Positions 10,371-24,429 of a stretch of DNA of 64,000 nt are shown here, piece after piece. Source of the DNA: Octopus sinensis (taxonomy: Eukaryota); NCBI RefSeq assembly GCF_006345805.1, contig NC_043004.1, positions 20,646,001 to 20,710,000 on the forward strand. Direction: 5' to 3'. The notes under the pieces are model-generated. The model had not been told where the DNA came from. It was given only the letters and a program-made list of their open reading frames with translations, and did no database searches. A program made the translations under genes and the position numbers. How positions within the stretch are numbered: the first letter of the stretch is position 1; every line of letters begins with the position of its first letter.

Positions 10371-13300
10371 CACCACTTTATAATGATAGTAATAATAGGT
10401 ACTTTGAAAATATTTGAAAACATGCAGACAAATGCATAAGTGAAACCTCAGAACTTATAAATATTTATAACATACAAAAAGTTACAAAACAAAAACAAAA
10501 CACTGCGCTTACCCAAGACACTCAGAGCTGAGCTCAGTAGTGTAGTAAAAGCATAATAAAAAAAAATAAGCAATAATGATGATAAAAATATCAAGTCACA
10601 TTTAGTGCTACTGGTAATATGTAGTTCAATGCAACCTGTTTTAGGGTTGAGCTATCAGTGAGTGACTAAGCAACCCTACCAAGTGCTTACCTGGTAAGGA
10701 GGTGGCTGGCTTTTGCAGAATGCAAAACAAAACCTATTAAAGGGTGGATGAACCCACTAGAGTCAATCGCCATCCAACTATGTGTCTTTATTTACTGTGA
10801 AAATAAATATTAATGGTAGTAACTAGCACAGGATAATCAGCCTCAATGAGGGTAGATAGGCCTCTCAAAAGTCTTGGTTGACAACCTGCCGAGTGATGGT
10901 AACATAATTACTGGTTGGTGATAACCTTAAAACCCATGCCTCAGTTATGAGAGAAATGTCAATAATGGAAAGTAATTTCAATGACATCCACAAGGCTAGA
11001 GCTTTCATCAAAGGTGTCACATCTGGCATGAGTTCAGTGAAACAGCAGCACAGGCCCAGTTGTAATCAAGCTACTACTGACCCACAACAATGAAGGAGAT
11101 AAAAATGGACAAAAGGGAATGACAAATTGTTGTTTGAATGTTATATTGAGAGGGAGTATTAGAAAAGTGGCTATAGGAACAAGTTACTAGAGCCTGGAAA
11201 AAATATTAACAATATGAGGAGCTGAAGAATGTGAGTAAACTGATCAGGTTAGACAAATTATGATCAAAAAGTGGTTAGAAAAGATGTAACTGGAAGGAAT
11301 TAAAATGGAAGAGTGAAAGGAACTGCAGGGGCTACTGTTCCAGAAGAAATACCCAGAGGACTGGAGTATCTCCAGAGCTTAGACATGGATGGAGGAAATC
11401 TACCATCTGCAGAAGGCATTAGTGTACCTCAAACTAGGAAAATTAGTCCAGAACTATCAACTCATAGCAACTCAGTTTTCTACACTACACTACATTCCTC
11501 ATTGCCCTTCCTTTACAAACTAACTGGGAAGAATTCTAGAATAATTCTGTGGCCTTCAAGTCATAAAGACTCATATATTCATTGAGACTCCTACCCAACC
11601 ACATGTCATTATTCATGCCCTAAGTACTCACTACCTTCCCAATAGATGACAAGCCAAAATGCCTTGGTCCTTCTATTTTACTGTCCAAAATATTATGGCA
11701 CAAGTGCATGGCAGTTGTGTACCAAACCTTCTCGACCTGTTTGTTTGTTTCATCCTAATCCTAGAAAACATAGAAAACCATATTTTTTCATCTTAACCAA
11801 TTGAGATAATATTCTTCAGTACACTGGCTGTTTATATAACTGCTGTTTCGTTGATACAAGGAATGCATAATGTCTCTGGCAATGCAGATATAAGGCAATT
11901 TTATTTTTCTCATTCATTAACATGGTGAAGAATAGTATGGTTACACAACCTTGCCATGCTATCCTTATTTCTGTATAATCACAATCTTCAACTTTTGTGT
12001 GATTCTAGTGATGCTTGAAAACAAAGACAAATAAAATATTTTTGACTTGACAGCATCTTCACTCAGTGAAGATGTGTGTGTGTGTGTGTGTGTGTGTGTG
12101 GTGTGCGTGCATGCGTGCACATGCAACCTTTACCACTAATAATTGCCATTTTTAAATGTCAGTATTTTTCTATGGGTGTTTTGCAACTGAATCTTTTAAT
12201 ATATTTTGTTGCAGATGTTTGCTTTTTTCAATACCTTACATTTTCTGAGTGTTGGGGGTGCATACATTTCTGTTGTTGCAGATGCCATTATTTACAAATC
12301 TCCATAGAGAAAATGTAATATTAAACACAACTCCATCTCTTAGATACATCAAGTGAGCTGAAGGTAGTTGTGAAAAGAAAAGTTTGGAATCAGGCAGATC
12401 TGTACTTTTCTAACCAAACTACTAACAACAAGCACTAATCTCTTTTGTTGCAAAAGTTTTAAACTTTCCATTCAGCATAGTTATAGAACAGAAATTATCA
12501 ATGTTATCTGCTTTAGAGGTTTTTCTCCCATATGTTGATGGACATCTCCTTCAACTACTGCTTAGCTAATTAGCTAATTTGGCTGCTGTAGTTGCTGCAT
12601 GCTGAGAAAGATGTGTTCATCTTTTAGTACCTGGGTCATTTCTCAACATTTTGTCTAATGGACTATGCAAATCAAAAGTTATGGCTTGTCTAGCTGACAA
12701 GTTAAAACTGGGAGCACCCTATACTTTTTGCATCCATTGACATAACAAAAATCCTACCTAGGTAGTCTGGATGATTACTCCATGTCCACTCTGGCAGGAA
12801 ATCCAGGAAATCCTTGTTAAACAATTGATAGAATTAGAATATAGCTAAGGAGATTGGGAGAAGGTAGCTTGTGTGTTTAATTAATTTTCTTGTTTCTGTT
12901 GTCATCCTGATGTTGTGGTCCTTGACATACTTTCTTCATCGTTGTCAAATCTGTCTTTCAGTATAGGACAGCCTTTTGCAGTCTTGCCTTTCTCTTTAAC
13001 AAAAGTTTCTTGTGACAATTTTGTTTTACCTTTGTCATATACTGAAATCTTGGAATCTGTTAGACTGAGTTAGAGGGATGAGGTGAGTGTGTGCAGGTAC
13101 AAGCTCTCTAGTGTTTTGGACGACAGGAAGATGTGTGAGGGTTTCATATGTTGATGTTGGTAGTGGGGAAACCATTTTATATTTAACCTCATTTGTAAAT
13201 AAATCACTTGGTTAAAATATTTGATTTTCACTGCAGAACATACTGATATACAAATGAACATGAATGAACATAGATGTTCTGTTAGAACAAACTATATTGC

Positions 13301-13842
13301 AGTTGATACCATAAGAGAAACACTCATGTAGGCTTTTGATGCAAAACACACTCTAGCTCACTGGCTAATAGCAATACCAGCACCTGTTCTGACACTGTTT
13401 TACTGTATATCACTGATGGGGAGATAAGTCACTATTGTATCTAGCAGTTGAGCATCTTTCATTGATGAGACCAAGGAAGATCAAAACCTTGTGATCTGGT
13501 AGCATCAGCATTGAAAATGGTCGGGATTTATCCCACTGTAAGCAATATAAACAAGAGAGTATTTTGCACCAAAAGCCAATGTGAGAGTTTCTCTCATATT
13601 ATCTACCACAGTATAGCTTGTTCTAATAGAACATCTGCTTTTAAGTGGGGATAAATATTACTTCTCACTGTTAATGCTGCCTCTGTCGCTAATATAAATT
13701 TTTTGATAACCGAGATTTTAAATTTCATAGTTATTCCAGTAATGATGTAAAATATCTGCCAAAAAATAGAACTGGTATTTTCTACAAGTCATGTTGCCTT
13801 ATTAAACTTGACATACTCAACAAAAAGAAAAACAGAAATAGT

Positions 13843-14060
13843 GGCAAGCTGGCAGAATCGTTAGAACACTAGGCGAAATGCTTAGTGGTATTTTGTCTGC
13901 TGCTATGATCTGAGTTCAAATTCCAACTAGGTTGACTTTGCCCTTTATTGGCCCTTTTCAGGCCAATAAATTAAGTACCAGTTGCGGACTGGGCTCGATC
14001 TAATCAACTGGCCCCCTCCCATCAAATTTCAGGCCTTGTGCCTATAGTATAAAGGATTAT
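13843..14060 (+). mobile_element. SINE family A (tRNA-derived), full length
   Basis: Head ggcaagctggcagaatcgttag, B-box-like gagttcaaattcc, core ataaattaagtaccag, (TAT)n tail. Confidence 0.88.
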
Positions 14061-14652
14061 TATTATTTCTATTACTACTACGATGACGACGACGATGATG
14101 ACAATGACAACAACGAGGATGATGATGATAAAAACGATGATGATGATGATTATCATCATCATCATGAAAACTGCTAAATTTGGAACTGTTCTTTCACCGT
14201 TTTTTTCCTTATTTTATTACTTCCATGTATTTATCTTATATATTTACTTTACCTACCTTCCATCCATCCACCCTCTTCATCCACTTTCCTTTCTTCTCTA
14301 GTTTATTGATAACTGCCCTAATTCTATGACATTGACAGATCTCTCTCTCTCTTTTCTTTTTTATTCCCCAAAATACTGTCTCATTTATCTCTAACTTGAT
14401 ACAAAACAATCTAGGTCTATCCATAATACTTCCTCCCTTTCTGCTCTCCACTCAACATTCTTTTCACACCTTAGTAATTTATAGTTTAGTGAACAACCAA
14501 TTGACAGGTAAATCCTACAGTTACCCCCAAATCTATCCTATCTGATATTTTCCATTATTTAAATGTTTTCAGACAAGTTCTAAAGAGAAGAAAAAATGGC
14601 AAGTGCTGAATGAGCTAAGTTTATACATACATACATGCATGCATACGTAGTA

Positions 14653-14692
<40 letters not shown>

Positions 14693-14840
14693 CTTTTTGT
14701 GTGTGTGTATATATATATATCTTTTTGTGTGTGTGTACATATATATATATATATCTTTTTGTGTGTGTATATATATATATATTATATACACATATTTTTG
14801 TGTACATATATATATTTGTGTGTGTGTGTGTATATATATC

Positions 14841-14875
<35 letters not shown>

Positions 14876-15259
14876 ATATATATATATACACACATACACA
14901 CACACACACACATATAGTTGTATATACATGCATATATTCTCATCATCATCATTATCATCATACATCCATTTTCCAAGTCAGCATGGGTTTGGCGGTTTGA
15001 CAGAAACCCGACAAACTTGAGGATTGTGCCAAGTTCCAATGTATATATACATATATATATTGTTGCATACAAACACACATATGCATGTACACACATATAT
15101 ATCTGTGTTCACTGCACACTGCATTCTGTTTCCCTTCCCCCTCTATCTCCCATTCACTTTTTGCTCTCTTGTGAACTCACTTAACCCATACCGGCCTCAG
15201 TACCACTCCATTTACATTCAGCTCCTTTGAAGGTGCACCCTGGCATATCTTCCATGCTG

Positions 15260-15313
<54 letters not shown>

Positions 15314-15319
15314 GTGGCA

Positions 15320-15725
15320 TGTGACCTGCTGTGCTTGAGGAGACCTATTGAGTCACGTACATCAACATCAAAGTAAATATCAAATGGAAATTGTAGTTGT
15401 GATACCTGTGCCGGTGGCACGTAAAAAGCACCATCTGAACGTGGCCGATGCCAGTGCCACCTTGACTGGCTTCTGTGCCAGTGGCACGTAAAAAGCACCA
15501 ACCGATTGTGGCCACTGCCAGCCTCCCCTGGCACCTGTGCTGGTGGCACATAAAAAGCACGCACTACACTCATGGAGTGGTTGGCGATAGGAAGGGCATC
15601 CAGCTGTAGAAACACTGCCAGATCAGACTGGAGCCTGGTGCAGCCTCCTGGCTTCCCAGACCCCGGTTGAACCGTTCAACCCATGCTAGCACGGAAAACG
15701 GACGTTAAACAATGATGATGATGAT
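15320..15725 (+). mobile_element. Family C: RTE-like LINE 3' end or derived SINE with (GAT)n tail
   Basis: Three internal TGGCACGTAAAAAGCAC motifs, ggaagggcatccagctgtagaaac, and aacccatgctagc..gatgatg tail. Near-identical copy at 35531. Confidence 0.8.
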
Positions 15726-16275
15726 ATATATATATATATATTTATATATATCCCCTCTCTCTATTTTCATTGACTGGGATACCCATGTATTTCCTCTAGT
15801 CCCTGTATCATAGTGTAGCCTCTCATCACCTGTCACAAAACCATTTCCTTCAGTACTCCTCCTCTCAGTTGAGAGGTCTTTGCAAGTTGCTTGGTGACCT
15901 CACTGGTGCCACATAAAGCACCCAGCTCACTTGGTAAAGAGGGTTTTAAAAAGGGTATCCAGCTGTAGAATCTGGTCAAAACTTGATACAGTCTTGTTAG
16001 ACAGCCCAATCCTTGCCAGCATGAAAGATAGACATTAAATGTTAATGTGATAAGTATGGAATGCACATATTTCTTTGCTACTCTAGGCACAAGGCCCGAA
16101 ATTTTCGGGGAGGGGGCCAGTCAATTAGATCGACCCTAGTATGTAACTGGTACTTAATTTATTGACCTCAATAAATCACACACTGATTTTGATTCAGGTA
16201 TTTCAATTCCCTCTGAGCCAGTATATCCTGTCTGCATGTCGTTTAGCTTTGTGTGCTAGTAGTGTAGGGCCTGGA

Positions 16276-16316
<41 letters not shown>

Positions 16317-16350
16317 CACACATACACACACACACATATATACATATATA

Positions 16351-16745
16351 CTCTCTTTTCTGTTGTACTTGTTTTGGTCATTTGACTGCAACCATGCTAG
16401 AGCACCGCCTTTAGTTGAACAAATCAACCCCAGGCCTTATTCTTTGTAAGCCTAGTACTTATTCTATTGGTCTCTTTTGCCAAACCACTAAGTTACAGGG
16501 ATGTAAACACACCTATATCAGTTGTCGTGCCATAGTGGAGGGACAAATACAGACACACACGCACATATATATATATACATGATGGGCTTTTTTGAGTTTA
16601 TATCCACCAAATCCACTCACAAGGCTTTGGTTGGCCCAAGGCTATAGTGGAAGACACTAGCCCAAGATGCCATTGAGTGGGATTGAACATGGAATGATGT
16701 GACTGGGAAGCAAGCTTCTTACCACACTGCCACTCCTGCGCCTAT
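16351..16745 (-). mobile_element. SINE family B (tRNA-derived, central CA/TA microsatellite)
   Basis: Matches the copies at 33535 and 59350: tggctgtgtggtaag..ggttcagtccc..ccttgggcaagtgtc..aataagtactagg..catggccgcagtcaaatgac. Confidence 0.88.
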
Positions 16746-16752
16746 AAATCTG

Positions 16753-16848
<96 letters not shown>

Positions 16849-17350
16849 TACAGAGAATAAAAGTTATAAAGTTCACCATGTTAGTATATAGAGAATTGTG
16901 TGCATTCTTTACTATTTCCTTTGACTTATTTTCAGCTGTTTCCCCCTGAATTTATCTTTCATTGCATGTTATCTTTATTACTCTAGCAAACATTGATGTA
17001 TCGGTTTCTTTACATTATTGTCAGAACTGTTTGCTTTCTTTTGTCATTATTTAGACATCAATGTATTATGTGGTTATTTGTTAAATGCTGCTTGAAGCTA
17101 TGATTTCATGGAGAGGGAGAGAGGGAGAGATGGAGAGAGAGAGTGAGAGAGAGAGAGAGAAAGAAAGAGAGGCAGACAGACAGAGAAAGAGACGGGCAAA
17201 CAGACAGACAAGCAGACAGACAGATAAACAGATACAAAGAGAGATGTGTTCTATTATTCTAAGAACTAATAATTGTAGTTTCTTAATAACAGCATATCTG
17301 TGTTTATGCACCCATGTCATTATACACACATACACACACACACACACAGA

Positions 17351-17410
<60 letters not shown>

Positions 17411-17579
17411 GCAGAAGCACACATGTGTACAAGAGTGGCTGAAGAAACAAGTGAAAGTAGTTCTCAACACTTAAAGTTGTAAGTATTTAATAACAGTTAG
17501 AATTAGTTCTACATTAGTTATAGTTTCATGGGTCCAGAACACATCTACAGCATAAGATGTACAATGGACATAGAGGAGA

Positions 17580-18500
17580 GAATTTAAAAGATATTTTAAG
17601 ATGGTTTCTAGCTGAAAATATTTAGAATCCAGTTGCTTAGTTCAGGTCACATGGGTGCTTTGGCAAGCCAGTAACAACAGTTCTTTTAATACATGCACCA
17701 CATGATCATGAACAGACAGAATATAATTGTCAATTTGTCAGCATTCAGTTACAATAACCCTGGGGAAGTAGATGGTTTGGCGGAATCAGGTCAGATGTCA
17801 GTTCACATGATATGCATGGTTGCATGGCATATGTATAATCAGATGACATTGAACCATATTCTGCATTTGCTGAACAGACAAACTTCTGGTGCTGTGGGGA
17901 TTATATATCCAGAAATTGTGTGTGAGCTGGCTCAGCTAGCCCTAGAGTGGTATTTCTGGTTTATCAGCAGTCAATAGTTTTAAGTTAATTTAATGATGCC
18001 TCTTGTGATAACAACAGGATATGTCAGTCTTACTATTGATGAATACTATAGGTTTATACAGTTTTCCATGGAGGCAGAGGTGACAATCACCAATTTCTAT
18101 GAGTAAGATGAGGGCACTGGCAAGGATGTTTCTTGTGATGTTAGGACAGTTGTAACCTTGTTATCAGAGTCTCCAGATAAAGTAGGTCTGGCAGGTAGGG
18201 ATTTTCCTCATCTCAACTTATGAAGGAGTTTTGCTTTAATCTTAGAAAACTTCTTGCTAAAACACCATCATCAAAACATACAGGTAACCAACAACTCAAC
18301 TTCCAATGACATGGGCATTAAAGTGGAGGAACTGACCATTCTTCTGAAGATAGATCATGTAGGCTGCCTTGTGACATGTGACTGTATCACACTTAAGGAT
18401 CACAAAGCCAATTACTTTTCCTACTTTTCATCCCTCAACACTTGTTCCACCATTTTAAAAGTTTTTTTTCCAGTTCCATAACGACCACTTCCAGTTCCAC
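17580..18500 (-). mobile_element. Highly decayed Penelope-like (RT-to-GIY-YIG linker) remnant
   Basis: Minus-strand fragments such as QGYNCPNITRNILAS resemble the PLE linker region. Many stops. Confidence 0.3.
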
Positions 18501-19099
18501 TAAAGCACAAAACTGTCCTATTTTGACCCCTCTCTCTCACTTTTATGCCTTATCTCAAAGCATAAAGCCAACTTCCCCTCTACTGTAGCTCCAATCAGTC
18601 AAAGGCAATCTAAGTCTTTTAGGCTTCACTAGTGTTGCTGCCATGAAAAAGCACCCAGTACACATTGTAAAGTGGTTGGCATTGAGAAGGGTATTCAGCT
18701 GTAGAAACCATGCCAAAGCAGATATTGGAGCATGATGCAGTCCTTGAACCGATTATCAAACCAGCCAATTCATGCTAGAATGGGAAATGGATGTTTAAAG
18801 AATTATGGTGATGAAAGGCATTCTTTGAAATTCCGAGATTGAAGCAAAGCAGGAATATACTACCTTAACATAATGTCACAAAATATTCACCTTCATAGTT
18901 TCAAGATTAATTTTTGATTATTCCATCAATTTCATTAACAAACATGTTGTTTGATAAAGAACATTTTTATTTCAGTTTGAAATTTCACTATTAGATTAAA
19001 ATGTTTTATTTATGATGACAACAGTATCAACATCTACAACCACAATTCAAATAGTTGCTCCAAGCCTTTTATCGTTGTATTTGTATCGTTATTAATAAT

Positions 19100-19720
19100 T
19101 CAACTTTTGTCTTGTTTTTCTTTATTCTTTTCTATTTATTATTATTTATTTATATTTTATATATCAACAATTCTAAGAATTTCAATCTTTTACTTAGAAG
19201 ATGCTATGTCTTTTTTTAATTTCTTTTCTTTTCTTTTCTTTTTCTTTTCCACTCATCTCTCTTTTGCTTTTTATCTGTTGCCCTCTGTCCTATTTTCATC
19301 ATTTTCTCAATTCTTTATTTCCCTCCTCTTATACATTGTCTCTTTTTATCACTCAACTCTTACTTTGTTTCACATATATATTCAACTTAAATCTCCCTTA
19401 CTATTTCACTCTTTTTCTCTTCCTCTCTATATCTATCACACTTATTCCTCCCTACCTCTCTTTGTCTCTCACTCCTTCAGTTTTATTCATATCAAATTTT
19501 CTCCTATTTTTTCTCTATCATAATTTTCATCATTCATCTCACAGCTTTCTTTTCTTTTTTCTTCTTTTTCACTATCATTCCCCCAAATTTCTCTTTCTCT
19601 TACTTCATTCCCTATATCTCTTTCCACTTTGCACCCTGCCTACGCTCACTTCTCCATCTATCTTCTTTTCTATGTCTACCCATTAAATACCATCCATCGT
19701 TCTCCATGTTATCACTCCAG
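19100..19720 (+). repeat. ~600-bp pyrimidine-rich low-complexity tract
   Basis: Almost G-free CT/TTC sequence. It explains the F/L/S-rich ORFs. Confidence 0.9.
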
Positions 19721-20192
19721 TCTCTATAGAATATAGAAATCTAATGGCTTTACTCCACTCAGCATTGAAATGTTGTCCTGTTTACTGTTCTTGACTGTGC
19801 AACATTCAACATTTCTCTTCCTCTGTTCAATCTCTCCAACTGAATTTTTAGATAAGTGAACACACACACTTACTCTCACACATGCACACACACACACACA
19901 CACACACATTACAAATATATTTTCTTCCTCTCATTCATTTTCTCTTTCTCTCTCTCTCTCTATCACACACACATGCAATTACTGATGCCATCTTCTCTTT
20001 CATCACTAGTCTGTTTTATCAGATAAACACATACACATACAACATACACATATAGCACATACACTTACATAGATAGAGTATCACTCTTGCTCACACATAT
20101 ACACACACAAACGTGTATAAACAATCACATAATTGGACACACTCCCTCTCTGCCCTAAATCTCTCTACTTCCCACAAAAATATATATGTTAT

Positions 20193-20236
<44 letters not shown>

Positions 20237-20395
20237 ATACTATATTGTATAAATGTATCTACATTGGATACAAAGATATACAGTATATAATGATAATTTT
20301 GTAAACTAAATCTGTTTTAGCTACCTGTCAGACATTGATGCATTCTCTGAAAGGAAAACAGTTTTACATAAATAAATGAATATGTATATATCATA

Positions 20396-20438
<43 letters not shown>

Positions 20439-21389
20439 GAAATATGTTATAAAAATAAAATAAAATATAATAAGAAAATATAAAATAAAATATAAAATAC
20501 ACATGGAAATGTAAGGCTAAAATAAGAAAAATCAACAAAAATGCACATTGTAAGTCTGTATATACATATATATATATATATAGTGAGAGAGAGACACACA
20601 CACACAATGGTTTTTTTTCAGTTTCCATCGAACAAATCTACCCACAAGGCTTTGATCATCCCTGGGCTATAGTTGAAAATATTTGCCCAAAGTGCCATGC
20701 AGTAGAACCGGAAATCATGTAGTTGGGAGGAAAACTTCTTAACCATACAGCCATGCCTGGAATTAAAAAATCCTGATTGAATTTCTCAAATTTTGTTTTT
20801 GTTTGTTTTGATTGTTTGTTTTCTTTTTGCATAATTTACATCATTGGAAATGCATGATACCATAAATTGTTGATTCTAATTCAATTCTTTTCATGATGAT
20901 GTGCACTGCTATGGCAAATATATTGTTTATTCTTTGACTTTAATGTTAAAGAGTCCACAGTTAAGTTTATTGGATCTCTTGTGTTTGGATGAATGAATTG
21001 AAGGCTTTTAATTTAGAATTTTGAAATCCTGATCATTGGTGCCATAATTCAACTCAGTCCATTGGGTCTTGTTCCCTGGATGTTATTAGAAATTAAAGAA
21101 AGCCAAAAACGTCAGTATAAATCACACAAAATTGACTTAGTTGTAAATTTAATTCTGTATACGACACACATATATTTGCAAAACACAAATATAACCAGGG
21201 GCATAAACATGTCTATTAAGATATTCTTCAAACATGCAATTCTTTCTATAACTGGAGCTTCCATTATTAACAAACTCAATGTTATTATGAATGGTGTATA
21301 GCCATAATAAGGCAAGAAGTATTTGATCCCAGAATACATCACTTTTAAATGTATAGCTTAACTGCATTGGCTAAAATATTTATCATTGT

Positions 21390-21595
21390 TGGCTAAATCA
21401 TTGGCGTGCAAGTGAAATGCTTATCAGTATTTTGTCTGTCGCTTCATTCTGAGTTCAAATTCTGCTGAGTTTGTCTTTGCTTTTCATCCTTTGGGGGTTG
21501 ATAAATTAAGTACCAAGGAAACACTGAGGTCAATGTAATCAACAATCCCCCTCCCCACAAATTTCAGGCCTTGTGCTTTTAGTAGAAAGGATTAT
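21390..21595 (+). mobile_element. SINE family A
   Basis: ttctgagttcaaattct..gcttttcatcctttgggggttgataaattaagtacc and (TAT)n tail. Confidence 0.85.
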
Positions 21596-21799
21596 TATTA
21601 TTATTACTATTATTATTATTATTATTATTGAAAGAGTGTAGTGCATGCCGTCAAAGTGACACTAGAGTAAAATATATGAAGCCCAGTATACCCATCATGA
21701 CTACCCATCTGATAAGGGTACACCAGGCACATGCATTACAACCATGTGTGCAACATGGTGATCTCATATCAAGATAAACAGTGCATAGTATTAGTATCT

Positions 21800-23200
21800 A
21801 GTGTGTTAGGGTGGGGGTCCAGGTGAATAGTTTGTAGGACCTGCCTATTGGAAGGGGCAATTATTGATCCCAGGTTAGTGTAGCAGAGTGTGAAATTTTA
21901 ATTGTAGATTTATTGAAGATAGTAATATCTATGATATGGTGGGAAATTAGAACTTAGGATTTTGAAAAATAGCTTGGGTAAAAATTTAACCTGAAGAGAG
22001 AATGATGATGCAAGACATAAGACTTCCCACTTTCTGCCCTATGAGGGCTTAGGATGTGGCATTGTGATAGTCAGGCTAGCATGGGGAGTCTGGAGATAAT
22101 TCAACCTTCAATGTGGCTGGAATATGGGGCAAATATTGGCTGCAGGGTAATTCAGTTGCAGAGTGATGGGGTGTGGATGGGTAGAGGCAAGACTTGCAGG
22201 CTTAGATTCAACACTAAGAAAGAGAAGTGTGACTTTCGTTTTTAGTCTAGTGTTGGGTATGTATGGGATCCACTTGCAGAAGCCTCTATTTGGGAGAGTT
22301 TGGTTATAGTATGGGGCATGATTATTAAATATATCTTCAATAGCTGATAGGTTAGAAACCTTGATTGAATCACCAGTGATAATGCTACTAAGGGCAAATC
22401 CAGGGTGATTAGATAGGACATTGCAATATTGTAATAACTCATTTGATAAAGGTTTTATAGGTTAGCATCTAAGTCAAGAGTCACATCTAAGAAGTTAGTG
22501 CCATTTTCAAATGCGTAAGATTATAATTATTAAAGAAATTTTAGAGGGCCTTTTAGCTGCACTCAACAGATGGTCGAGACATAACCATGGCTGTGAGAAG
22601 AGCATAATCCATGTATAGACCTCTGGATTGGATAGGGCAGAGCTGGTTTATCTAGGATAGAGATAAAAGATCAACCAGGTCAATAACATGAGCAGAAACT
22701 GAGGATCCCATGGTTATAACAGAGATCTGTAGAGGAATTATGGAATATTATATATATTGTTATTAAAAGAAAAGTGTTTTCCTCACAGCTAAGATTAATG
22801 TTGATGCCTGACAAAGAGAGGGGTGTGAGTTTCTTGGAGGATGTGGAAGTAATAATTTGAAATAGCAAACTAATAGAAGTGAGCACAAAAGGATTACCTC
22901 ACTAGTACAGATGCAAAGCAGAAGCTTAGCTTTTTCATCGCTAAATCCAACTTAGTGGGCAAATACGTTTAGTAAAAGGTTTGATGGAGAAGTCAGGCTT
23001 GTAGTCCTTCAGGGTGAAGTGGAGGGATACAGGGTTTTGTTCAATTAAGTAATCTGAGGTCTGTGATCAGCTTAGAGTGGAGGTCGTTGATTATCTTTAT
23101 GAGCATTCCAATGAGTGTGCCTAATTTCCACTAAGTTCCCCAGATAGAAAATTGGCATACATATCAATCTGAAAAACATACAAGTTTGGCAAATTTTTCA
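21800..23200 (-). mobile_element. Decayed Penelope-like reverse transcriptase remnant
   Basis: Minus-strand pieces ENTFLLITIYIIFHNSSTDLCYNHGI (cf. F.FN..IY.Q..GTAMG) and GLYMDY (cf. RYIDD) occur in PLE order. Many stops and frameshifts. Confidence 0.5.
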
Positions 23201-23295
23201 TCCTTAAGATAATTCAGGAGAAGTCCTTTTGGAATAAATTCATCTAATTAGATAATTAAATATTCATAATATTCATAATATATATATATATATAT

Positions 23296-23326
<31 letters not shown>

Positions 23327-23333
23327 TTTCAGA

Positions 23334-23560
23334 GGCGAGCTGGCAGAATTGTTATCTTGCTGGGTGAAATGCTTAGTGGTATTTCGTTTGCTGCTATGTT
23401 CTGAGTTCAAATTCCACTGAAGTCAACTTTGCCTTTCATGCTTTTGGGGTCAATTAAATAAGTATCTGTTATGCACTGGGTTCAATGTAACCAACTTAAT
23501 CCCATTGTCTGTCTTTGTTTGTCCCCCCTTTGTTGAACCCCCTGAGGGTAATAAAGAAAT
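23334..23560 (+). mobile_element. SINE family A, full length
   Basis: ggcgagctggcagaatt..gttctgagttcaaattcc..taaagaaat. Confidence 0.9.
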
Positions 23561-23574
23561 GTATATATATATAT

Positions 23575-23760
23575 AGGGAGAGTTTACGAAAAAACAAAAG
23601 ACGAAGACAGGTGGTGTACAAAACAAACAGATGTATTAGTATAATGCTCAGGAATAGAAAAAGTCTTTAACATTTCGAGCCTACGCTCTTCTACAGAAAG
23701 GGACACAGAAGAAACAAGGAGAGAAAAAAGGAGAGAAAAAATGTGTGTAGTGGCTAATCA
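23575..23760 (-). repeat. ~185-bp interspersed repeat carrying a minimal hammerhead-like motif (probable Penelope terminus)
   Basis: Reverse complement of 34735-34915. Motif CTTT-CTGTAGA-AGAGC-gtag-GCTC-GAAAT-GT-T-AAAG at 23665-23700. Confidence 0.75.
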
Positions 23761-24241
23761 CTGGTAGTTTGGAACCTAACACCTCATGATAGGCGAGAGA
23801 TAACTGTGTGTGTATATATATATATATATATTTATACACACACACACACATATACACAGATACACACACACACATCTACACAAGCATACAAGCACACTCA
23901 TAAATGTTATAACATTGCATGTATGTATGATGAATGTTACACATTACATAATGTCCACATGAATGTTGTTTGATAAATTCGTCTTCATAAGTTATGTCTA
24001 TAAATCAATAGATTCAAGTATACATTCCTCTTTGACTTCTGGTTATCACAGATCTAGTAGATCTTAGTGAGATCCATATATTTATTTAGTTATATATGAA
24101 AGCTCTCATGACAGGGCAAATATCACTGTAATCCTTTCAAGTGGTTTGAAAGGTCTTAAATAAATGTCATCGATTTGTTCATCTAAATTTGATTATTGAT
24201 TAAAATGCATATTATCAATATTTACATAGATCTATACATAC

Positions 24242-24296
<55 letters not shown>

Positions 24297-24429
24297 AAAT
24301 GCATCTCTTTTTCTCTCTTGCTTCTTCTCTTCCTTACTTCCTTTGTGTGTGTGTGTGTGTGCATGTGTGTATGCATATATGGGTGTATGTATATATAAAT
24401 ATATATATATATGTATGTATTCTCCTCCT

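Noticed and set aside
10500-11700. Possible decayed retroelement
   Set aside because: More GC-balanced and repeat-like, but no motif could be assigned with confidence.
12500-13250. Possible decayed Penelope or other TE
   Set aside because: No diagnostic motif readable.
21062-21367. Three overlapping ORFs, one membrane-like
   Set aside because: No convincing donor site or recognisable family.
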